Part shown: positions 1 to 7,542 of the stretch, in pieces | Position numbering within the stretch: the stretch's first letter is position 1 | How the letters are laid out: the number at the start of each line of letters is the position of its first letter | Virus record (IMG/VR): IMGVR_UViG_3300031993_000017 | Length of the DNA: 64,000 bases | DNA from: a virus | Lineage: Duplodnaviria > Caudoviricetes | Direction: 5' to 3' (one strand) | The notes under the pieces: model-generated | The model's database searches: none | What the model was told of the DNA's origin: nothing | The model's input: the letters and a program-made list of their open reading frames with translations, nothing else | Position numbers and translations under genes: made by a program

Positions 1-442
1 CAAAATAAATATCAGTTGGAATAGACTTCACAAGTTGAAAACTGCATCTAGTCATATCTCGGCTTGTCATTCTATTTATAACTTGAATCATCTTTTCAAC
101 AAGTTTACTTCTCCCTGACAGTGGATATGCAAATGCATCAATATGATATGTGTTTATTGATTCATTTAACAATGACAAAGGTATTGATAAAAATCTTTCA
201 AACTCAGATTCAGATAACCTTGCATCAGACAATCCCTTTATTGTATTGATAAAATTTGTCTTATCCTTAGAACTCACGTTAGAATTAAATTCATACCCAA
301 ACCAGTAAACATTGTTTGCAATATCTGATTGATATATCTGCGGTGTAACAAACTGAATTAAATCCTCAGGCAAATTGTTCGAATAATCCATGTAATAGGA
401 GTTGTCATTCGGTCTAACACCACAATGAATATATCGTTTCAT
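1..442 (-). CDS. Hypothetical protein, runs off the window edge; starts MKRYIHCG; probable paralog of the 13664-14349 gene
   Basis: Open frame from ATG at 442 (MKRYIHCGVRPNDNSYYMDYS...FQLVKSIPTDIYF); not in the supplied ORF track because it lacks a stop in the window. Confidence 0.75.
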   Translation of the reverse strand, partial: MKRYIHCGVRPNDNSYYMDYSNNLPEDLIQFVTPQIYQSDIANNVYWFGYEFNSNVSSKDKTNFINTIKGLSDARLSESEFERFLSIPLSLLNESINTYHIDAFAYPLSGRSKLVEKMIQVINRMTSRDMTRCSFQLVKSIPTDIYF

Positions 443-596
443 AAAAACACCACTTTCTACAGGCTTTAAAAACACTGTTACAAGAATACGATCAGCTTAA
501 GTTTCATCGTATTCCCAATCATCATACTAAAATCGTTCAAATTCTACTGAAATTATAGTAAAATTCTAATAAATTTTATTTATAAGAAGTTTGCTT

Positions 597-1859
597 TCAT
601 TGCGAAAGCCTTATTCTTAAAGGCGTAATGACTTCGCCTCTACACTGTTCCAAATGTTGTATTTGGTTCAGCTTACTTTTTCTCATTATATTGAGAGCTC
701 CGTTGACATCTGCGTTTAGTACTTGACCATTCGATCTTTGATAGAGACCGCGATAAATTCTTTTTCCTGTGAAGCTACCTTGATGCGGGTTTTGTGGATT
801 CCAAATTGGTATCTTGTCACTGTCGAAAAAGCTTGCCTTTGAAGTGTAACTTTCTTCTTGTTCAATGTAGTTAATACCGAATCGATTACACAAGAATTTC
901 AATCGATTTTTGAATTTGCCGTAAGGAATCATGACGAAGTTTTGATTATTGACTTTACCTAGATTAGGATTTTCTTGAAATCCATCATTGAACCCTACTA
1001 CAATGTTTCCTATCTTATGTGTTAGGCAATAGTCAACAATGTACTTTGCAGAACAATAGACAAAATCTTGGATGCGACGATTTCGCTTTTCAGTAGTTGC
1101 AGACATTCGAGATGTATCACATTTAATCCCTTGCTTGGCTTTCACGCTTGATAGTCTGGCACGCTGTTTGTTGTACCATTGGTTTTGTGATTTTAATTTT
1201 CTACCGTCAATTATGAATGCTTCTCCAGTTGAGGTTGCACAAGTTGCAAAATTATTGATACCAAGATCGATACTCAAAGCTTTATTCAGATCAAGATCTT
1301 GAATCTCGTCATACTCTACGTCGAACAAATATCTTGCTTCAAACCACTTGCCACCTTGCCTAGGAACAATGTGAATTTGATGAACTTTCTTATCTCTAAG
1401 TTGAGGTGGAAAATGCAACTTGATTCTTGTGTCAGTTTGTTTCTTCATTAAAGGCGACATCGGAATAATCATTGTACCATCTTCCTTCATAAATGATTCC
1501 GGAAGGTGTATAGGATACAATCCATCTTTCGGCAAGTAATAGGGCATATTGACTGCATCTTTTGAATACTGCTTCTTTTGAACTAGTTTAAGCAATGCGA
1601 AAAATGAACGAAAAGCTGCATCAACGCATTTCATAGTTTGTTGAGCGATGTTAGCTCCGAGCAACTTATAATTCTCACTCGTTTTTTCAATCGGGTAGGT
1701 GGCTTCATATCGTAAGAAAGACCCTTCACTGAAGTAGTGCTGACGAATGTTGTACAGAGATTCGTTATACACATTTTTGCTTAGACGACACATTTCTTTC
1801 AACAGCATATACTCATCTTTGGATAAGTGTTTTAAGTTTTGTTTCCAAGTTACTAGCAT
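597..1859 (-). CDS. tnpB: TnpB RNA-guided endonuclease (IS200/IS605 family), no adjacent tnpA
   Basis: LCRLSKNVYN-type N-terminus, RuvC-I SIDLGINN, QEESYTSKASF, RuvC-III NADVNGALNI; SD GGAGGTG. Confidence 0.93.
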   Translation of the reverse strand: MLVTWKQNLKHLSKDEYMLLKEMCRLSKNVYNESLYNIRQHYFSEGSFLRYEATYPIEKTSENYKLLGANIAQQTMKCVDAAFRSFFALLKLVQKKQYSKDAVNMPYYLPKDGLYPIHLPESFMKEDGTMIIPMSPLMKKQTDTRIKLHFPPQLRDKKVHQIHIVPRQGGKWFEARYLFDVEYDEIQDLDLNKALSIDLGINNFATCATSTGEAFIIDGRKLKSQNQWYNKQRARLSSVKAKQGIKCDTSRMSATTEKRNRRIQDFVYCSAKYIVDYCLTHKIGNIVVGFNDGFQENPNLGKVNNQNFVMIPYGKFKNRLKFLCNRFGINYIEQEESYTSKASFFDSDKIPIWNPQNPHQGSFTGKRIYRGLYQRSNGQVLNADVNGALNIMRKSKLNQIQHLEQCRGEVITPLRIRLSQ

Positions 1860-1963
1860 GTTTTCACCTCCTTTCTTTTGCTGTTCATATTAAAGGTTAG
1901 GAATTACAATCAAATCGGCTGAATTGATTGTAAAATTAAATTTTAATAGAATTTCAATATAGT

Positions 1964-2185
1964 TTACACGATGCTGCTGTAGTTTAGTATAGCATGTTCT
2001 ACAGCATCAATGTTGTAGTAATCTGTATTCTTTAAATCCTTCATGTAATCTCGAAGCTCAGACCAACTTCCTGTGAATTCTTCGGATACTGTATGTCTTC
2101 CAAAGTCATCATCGTAGTCCATGTAGATGGTCCAAGTTGTCGAGGCTTTAACTGGTTGTATAGAACACTTAACAAGTCTTTTCAT
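1964..2185 (-). CDS. Small hypothetical protein (MKRLVKCS leader)
   Basis: ORF; the ATG at 2185 fits the upstream AGAAAGGA SD better than the TTG at 2197. Confidence 0.65.
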   Translation of the reverse strand: MKRLVKCSIQPVKASTTWTIYMDYDDDFGRHTVSEEFTGSWSELRDYMKDLKNTDYYNIDAVEHAILNYSSIV

Positions 2186-2238
2186 TGTGAATTTCAATCC
2201 TTTCTGTTAGTTAATGGCGTATCTACTGCCCAATACAT

Positions 2239-2577
2239 TTAAGGTTTCAATTGATTCAAATAAGACGATATAACGATAATTGTACTACTTGTGTTTGTGT
2301 TCTTTTTGATAAACTCAACAAAAATTAAATCAAGCAATTTGTCCTTATCATAGTAGATAGGATGCGCATGTTGTTTATCATCATATCTGTAAAACAGATA
2401 CTCAGATTGCATTTCAACGCAAGTTAGTTTGCAATATTCACATGATTTTTCTAATATAAGTTTACATAACTCAGTAGCGGTTCCATTGAATGTTTCTGTT
2501 TTCTGTTTTGCACTACATCTAGTGGAATTTTTCTTAGAAGATCCATAAGGTGTATCGGATACATTTATAGACGCCAT
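2239..2577 (-). CDS. Hypothetical protein
   Basis: 112-aa ORF with GAGGGGG SD. Confidence 0.65.
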   Translation of the reverse strand: MASINVSDTPYGSSKKNSTRCSAKQKTETFNGTATELCKLILEKSCEYCKLTCVEMQSEYLFYRYDDKQHAHPIYYDKDKLLDLIFVEFIKKNTNTSSTIIVISSYLNQLKP

Positions 2578-2617
2578 CAGGTCCCCCTCACAGAATTTTT
2601 ATGAGCATAGATCATCA

Positions 2618-3085
2618 TTATCCCAATGTTCGTTTCCTCTTAACATATTGTATATGTCGTTCTTTTTCAAAATTTGCATATGCTTCAATGACTTTGCGAA
2701 TTTTAGATTCATCAAAATCAATTTCTACAAGAACTCTTTTACGACTAAGATTTGGATCGTAGACAGTATGACACTTGTAAAATTGCTTACTTAACCTGCT
2801 AACTGTAGTTGCAGTTAATCGGAACTTGTGGCCGTCATTAAAATGATTTTCTAATTCTGTGACACATTCGCTCCAGATGCGATCAAAATAGTTAGTCTTA
2901 AAGTAGTCTTTAAACGCGAATCCTACAGATCCAGGCAATGATTCATAATCATATCTACCATCTACCAATTCAAACATGGAATATCCATGTGCAACAGCAT
3001 ACTCCAGATCTTTGTATACATTCTTGCGTTGCTCTGATAGATCTCGTTTTTCAAATCTAGGAATGTGGTCAACCTCAATGATCAT
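2618..3085 (-). CDS. Hypothetical protein
   Basis: 155-aa ORF with GAGGAG SD. Confidence 0.7.
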   Translation of the reverse strand: MIIEVDHIPRFEKRDLSEQRKNVYKDLEYAVAHGYSMFELVDGRYDYESLPGSVGFAFKDYFKTNYFDRIWSECVTELENHFNDGHKFRLTATTVSRLSKQFYKCHTVYDPNLSRKRVLVEIDFDESKIRKVIEAYANFEKERHIQYVKRKRTLG

Positions 3086-3158
3086 GTGTAAGTTCTCCTC
3101 TCTAACAACTCACAATTCCGTTTTATTTCTCTTGCCACTTCGATCAGCTCTTATTCGA

Positions 3159-3317
3159 TCACTCATCCTCGCAATCCTCTGAGTCCTCGTCCTCTTCTTC
3201 ATCCTCAACAAGTCCCAACCTATACCGTGCAAACTCTGCCCGAATATCGTCTAGTTCATACTCCATAGCATATTCGTCATCTGAAATCATACCGTACTTC
3301 CACTCTTTGTAACTCAT
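3159..3317 (-). CDS. Small very acidic protein (52 aa, MSYKEWKYG...EDEEEDEDSEDCEDE)
   Basis: Hand-translated; SD AAGGAGGT upstream. Confidence 0.6.
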   Translation of the reverse strand: MSYKEWKYGMISDDEYAMEYELDDIRAEFARYRLGLVEDEEEDEDSEDCEDE

Positions 3318-3356
3318 CTAGCTACCTCCTTATAATAATAGACCTGTGTATGTGAG

Positions 3357-4511
3357 TCATGAAGCGTATTCAAATTTGCATCTGGTGAGCTCTGTCTGCT
3401 TGATGCCTCTGTACTCTTCATGAGATTTAATAGTTCCAGCTATCTTAGCAAGCACTTTATCTGTGTCAATGTACTTAGAAGTTCTCCAGATGAATACATT
3501 ACCACAACTGTCGAGGATCTGAAAGATGTAGGTTAAACCGTATACTGTTTCATAAGAGGTTACAAGACGAACGGACTGAAGGTCTGTTAATGTAACTTTA
3601 TCACCTACGGTTCCGTAGTATTCAGAAGAACCTAAATTCTGCTTCCGCTCATCTTCCTGCTTCTTGTATCTCAAATAGGAAGGAACTGCGGAAACGATGT
3701 ATCCGATATCTCTCCAAGACGCGTATTCATTAGAGAGAAGAGTTCTAACATTCAGCACGTATTCAGAAGAAGAGTCGGAACTATTCTGGAAATACTCGAG
3801 AACAGAAGATGTAAGATCTTTCGCATAATCGCTTTCACAATCAATGCTCTTATCCTTTTCAGATACTACCTGGTTGGTGAGATATCCAACAACCCGATCC
3901 TTAGTAGAGGGTTCACATTCGTCATTGACGGTCTTAACATATCCATGAAGCTTGATGATCTCACAAGCAACTCTGAGGATTTCTTCTACAGCTTCATATC
4001 TGTTACAGTTAGACAAAGAACATAACGGCTCAGAATAGGTTTCACACTCGGAAATGAATGTGCAGATATAAGTGATAAGTTCTGCGTCTAATCCGCCTGT
4101 GAAGTCTTTGAGGCAGTTCTTACCTACTTGCTTGAATTCGCCTGTATCGGTGTTGCGAACTAAGTAAGTATCTTTTCTGTATCTAAGAGTGTTGCAATGC
4201 TCACATGTGCAGGGAGCAGTATAGAATCTTTCAGGAACTTCATAAGAAGTTGTGTTACGGATCACATTTCCTGCTTCGGTGTGCTCGATGGTTCCTACGA
4301 ACTCCCACCCATTTATCCTTGCGTAACCCTCAGCTTCGACTTCTTTGCACTTGAGAGTAACTGTTACTCCATCAATAGTAAAATCCTGGTAGACATCGCC
4401 AAGCACAACGAATTTGAAAGGGTTGCCGTATTTAGCACTCTTGTTTCTGATAGTTACGATTTTAGCAGCTAACTTTGCTAAGTTCTCTTCGGGAATGATG
4501 TATCTTGACAT
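3357..4511 (-). CDS. Early hypothetical phage protein with CEHC motif and probable C-terminal OB-fold
   Basis: ORF after a sigma-A promoter; SD GAAGGAGG before MSRYIIP; C-terminal ...IAGTIKSHEEYRGIKQTELTRC. Confidence 0.7.
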   Translation of the reverse strand: MSRYIIPEENLAKLAAKIVTIRNKSAKYGNPFKFVVLGDVYQDFTIDGVTVTLKCKEVEAEGYARINGWEFVGTIEHTEAGNVIRNTTSYEVPERFYTAPCTCEHCNTLRYRKDTYLVRNTDTGEFKQVGKNCLKDFTGGLDAELITYICTFISECETYSEPLCSLSNCNRYEAVEEILRVACEIIKLHGYVKTVNDECEPSTKDRVVGYLTNQVVSEKDKSIDCESDYAKDLTSSVLEYFQNSSDSSSEYVLNVRTLLSNEYASWRDIGYIVSAVPSYLRYKKQEDERKQNLGSSEYYGTVGDKVTLTDLQSVRLVTSYETVYGLTYIFQILDSCGNVFIWRTSKYIDTDKVLAKIAGTIKSHEEYRGIKQTELTRCKFEYAS

Positions 4512-4572
4512 ATGGTTTTCCTCCTTCTCTTGAAGCATTGAAAAAATTCACCCTATGTGTTCCTACAGTTTA

Positions 4573-4601
4573 ATTATATGATAATTGTAGAAAAAAGTCA
4601 A
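4573..4601 (-). promoter_or_regulatory. Sigma-A type early promoter
   Basis: TTGACT-17bp-TATAAT. Confidence 0.85.
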
Positions 4602-4629
4602 TACCTAAATTAAAAAATACTTAACAAAA

Positions 4630-4658
4630 AAGACATTGTAGAGATTCTACAATGTCTT
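4630..4658 (-). terminator. Intrinsic terminator hairpin
   Basis: AAGACATTGTAGA/TCTACAATGTCTT inverted repeat followed by a T-run on the minus strand. Confidence 0.7.
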
Positions 4659-4668
4659 AGTTGATTGA

Positions 4669-5208
4669 TCAAACTACCTGAAAGAATCTATTTGCACTTC
4701 CAAGGTTGCTGAAATATATTCTCCCGCAGCATTCCACGCCGTCTGATACGTTCTGGATACTTTCAACTAAACATCTACTCTCTCCTGGGTGGTGAGTAGT
4801 TACTTTAACCTCATACACTTTATCGTGTTCAAATCCGCATGAAGTTCTACCAATATATCTAGCATTGACATATTCTTCAGATGATAATGAAACTGCATCA
4901 GACTTAGAAGTTGTTACAAGTGGTACATCTGCAACTATATCTTCTGAAGAATCAGATGCCGGATCATTTGTATCGTACGAGAACTCTGATACAGAGGCTT
5001 CATAACTTGTTCTAGGCTTGTTACCGTTCTTTCTGAATTCACTACTACAACTTCTACAGCAGAACGGAGTAGGATCAGATAAGTACTTGATCAAGATAGG
5101 CTTCCCACAGTTGGGACATCCTCTGTAGTGTTCTCTGCTACAGTACTTAACTCTGTTAGAACTAGCTTCAAATTCTTTTCCACATTCAGCGCAAATTTTA
5201 GTAATCAT
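4669..5208 (-). CDS. Zinc-ribbon (CxxCGKEF) early protein
   Basis: CAECGKEF...YCS...CPNCGK...FCCRSC; similar to the N-terminus of the 27546-29585 protein. Confidence 0.75.
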   Translation of the reverse strand: MITKICAECGKEFEASSNRVKYCSREHYRGCPNCGKPILIKYLSDPTPFCCRSCSSEFRKNGNKPRTSYEASVSEFSYDTNDPASDSSEDIVADVPLVTTSKSDAVSLSSEEYVNARYIGRTSCGFEHDKVYEVKVTTHHPGESRCLVESIQNVSDGVECCGRIYFSNLGSANRFFQVV

Positions 5209-5279
5209 AAACTTGTCTCCTTCTCTTGAAGTATTGATGCCACCGCTATCCGCGGACACTGTATATGTGTTACAATTAT

Positions 5280-5308
5280 ATTATATGATGAAACTACAAA
5301 AAAGTCAA
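5280..5308 (-). promoter_or_regulatory. Sigma-A type early promoter
   Basis: TTGACT-17bp-TATAAT. Confidence 0.85.
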
Positions 5309-5354
5309 TACCCAAATTTTAATTGTTGAGTAAACTTGGTTATGTATCACCTAA

Positions 5355-5807
5355 TCATCGCTGTCCTGTAGAACCAAATCCACCGTCACCACGTACTGTA
5401 TCTTCAAGTTCATTCACTTCCATAAATTCAACATCGTGAACTGGCACAAACATGATCTGCGCAATCCGATCTCCGTCATGAACAGTCCTTGTTACCATTC
5501 CTTCATTGAAAAGATCCACAATCACTTCTCCGGTGTAATCTGAATCAATTACACCTACAGAATTACTTGGCGATAATTTGTACTTACTTGCCATTCCACT
5601 TCTAGCATAAACCAACCCACACCAACCTGGTTCGATCTTGAATGCAAGTCCTATCCCAATTTTCACAGATTGATTTGGACAAATAGTAACGCTTTCTAAT
5701 CCGTCTAAGCAAGCGTAGACATCATAACAGGCAGATTCAGGTGTTGCTTTAAACAGCATCTTTGAATTTTCTCTGAGTTTCTTTACTTTTACAATACAAT
5801 CAGGCAT
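5355..5807 (-). CDS. dut: Trimeric dUTPase
   Basis: Motifs SACYDV, ARSGMA, GVIDSDYTGE, GDRIAQ, RGDGGFGSTG. Confidence 0.96.
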   Translation of the reverse strand: MPDCIVKVKKLRENSKMLFKATPESACYDVYACLDGLESVTICPNQSVKIGIGLAFKIEPGWCGLVYARSGMASKYKLSPSNSVGVIDSDYTGEVIVDLFNEGMVTRTVHDGDRIAQIMFVPVHDVEFMEVNELEDTVRGDGGFGSTGQR

Positions 5808-5829
5808 CTGATAATCTCCAATCATATAT

Positions 5830-6048
5830 CTATTTCAAATTTTTCAGTACTTCGGATTCAGGTACATTTTCTATTGCACTTACATAATACACATAATCTT
5901 CTATTTGTTCATCAGAAAATCCGATCAGCTTCAAATCGGAAATATTGGCACCAGAGCAAACTAACATATCAATGACCTCTTCCACTGCTTCGCCATCGTC
6001 TATGATCGCATTACATAAATTATTCAAAATTGATAAAATTTTCTCCAT
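5830..6048 (-). CDS. Small acidic hypothetical protein
   Basis: 72-aa ORF, SD GAGGTG. Confidence 0.65.
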   Translation of the reverse strand: MEKILSILNNLCNAIIDDGEAVEEVIDMLVCSGANISDLKLIGFSDEQIEDYVYYVSAIENVPESEVLKNLK

Positions 6049-6057
6049 ATCAACACC

Positions 6058-6411
6058 TCATTTCAACTTGCGTAACTGTGTTAATGCTTCCTTATCACTT
6101 ATTTCACCATTCCATTGACGTAGCAGTACATCCTTATTTAACTTGATCCACTTTATTATTTCATTTTCATGTTTCACTTTTGCACGAACTAATAACCTAG
6201 GTTCGTCTTCTACAGAAAATGGAACTTTATTTCCATCCACATCTGCTTTAACTCTTGGAAGATTATGTGCAACCTTCCTAGTATTTGCCGCACGATCAAT
6301 CCATACATCATAGGGAATGTTAAATTCACTTTTAGTAGCAACTGCCATACAATAGATTCTAACTGAATGTTTACTGTTAATATCTTTTGAGCTATGTATG
6401 TATCTTTTCAC
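6058..6411 (-). CDS. Hypothetical protein, DUF4160-like; GTG start gives MKRYIHSS leader
   Basis: SD GGAGGTG before GTG at 6411; HNLPRVK and KWIKLNKDVLLRQWN resemble DUF4160. Confidence 0.65.
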   Translation of the reverse strand: MKRYIHSSKDINSKHSVRIYCMAVATKSEFNIPYDVWIDRAANTRKVAHNLPRVKADVDGNKVPFSVEDEPRLLVRAKVKHENEIIKWIKLNKDVLLRQWNGEISDKEALTQLRKLK

Positions 6412-6509
6412 ATTATCACCTCCAATACTTTTCATGTTACATAACGATTCAAAAAATCAACATAGTCAAATCAATAGAAATGACTATGTTGACTTACATG
6501 ATAACTTAG

Positions 6510-6728
6510 TTAAAACATCACAGCATCAGATTCTTCTGAATCACGATACATAAGCATTTCTTCAACAATTGCTTCAATATCGCCTTGGAACATATCTTCT
6601 ACATAATCTTGAAACATATCTTCAAGTTCATAAGTAGTATTACCAGAAAATACTTCCAATAATGCTTCTAAAAAATCTTTGTATGATGTTATTTTATATT
6701 CTTTTGAAGCTGTTTTTAAGTAGTACAT
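6510..6728 (-). CDS. Small acidic hypothetical protein
   Basis: 72-aa ORF with upstream ATCGTTATAT motif. Confidence 0.65.
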   Translation of the reverse strand: MYYLKTASKEYKITSYKDFLEALLEVFSGNTTYELEDMFQDYVEDMFQGDIEAIVEEMLMYRDSEESDAVMF

Positions 6729-6841
6729 CTGTAACCGCCTTTCACACTTTCTACTGTATATAACGATTCAACTTATCCAAATTAGGTTGCCACAGCAGAT
6801 ATAATTGCTGATAACACAACTTCGTTCATTCGATCACACCA

Positions 6842-7522
6842 TTATATCGTCCTAATCTTAAGGGATTCAATAGTCATATTATAAAAACTATTGTTTCCAG
6901 GACCGCCAATCTTAAAGTTAATGATTCCGTCCATAGGGAATGCACTTGTTGGTTCAAACAATAATACATCATCTTTATAAATCTTCCATAGCCTATCTGC
7001 ACCAATTACGATTTTTATGGTACTGTTTGCAAAATAATTCGAATCGGAAATATTGGTATCTCTCCAACCATTCACAGAATCCCATACACCCCATTTGCTA
7101 GTTGCAGTATGATATGCAAATCCGTGTGTACTACTATTTGTAGAAATATTGTAACCGAACACTGCACCATTATTAAATGATTGTGCATTCATCGCTCCAA
7201 CTTCTATCTCATAGGTTTTCAAAACACCTAAAAGAACACTAGGAAGATTTATCATATCACCCGGACCAGTATAATGCACACCACTAGAATCACGTGTTGC
7301 AGATGTCAATGTTGCAGTGAATCCATTTACAGAACCTACAAGACTTTGAGTAAAATCAAATCTTTCAACATATCCACCACCGCCGGATATCTGAGATACC
7401 TTAGTCGCATAAGTATTGAATGGGTCGCTATCAGATACAGAAACCCCCTGTGCGATTATTGCTGATTTCAAATCTGCTTTAATTTGTGCTAATTCTGCTA
7501 ATTGTTGTGCTATTGTAGCCAT
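6842..7522 (-). CDS. Tail fibre / receptor-binding accessory protein
   Basis: N-terminal KADLKSAIIAQGVSVS...YATKVSQISGGGG typical of Firmicute phage tail proteins, followed by a beta-rich lectin-like domain. Confidence 0.65.
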   Translation of the reverse strand: MATIAQQLAELAQIKADLKSAIIAQGVSVSDSDPFNTYATKVSQISGGGGYVERFDFTQSLVGSVNGFTATLTSATRDSSGVHYTGPGDMINLPSVLLGVLKTYEIEVGAMNAQSFNNGAVFGYNISTNSSTHGFAYHTATSKWGVWDSVNGWRDTNISDSNYFANSTIKIVIGADRLWKIYKDDVLLFEPTSAFPMDGIINFKIGGPGNNSFYNMTIESLKIRTI

Positions 7523-7542
7523 TATAAAATCACCTCATAATA

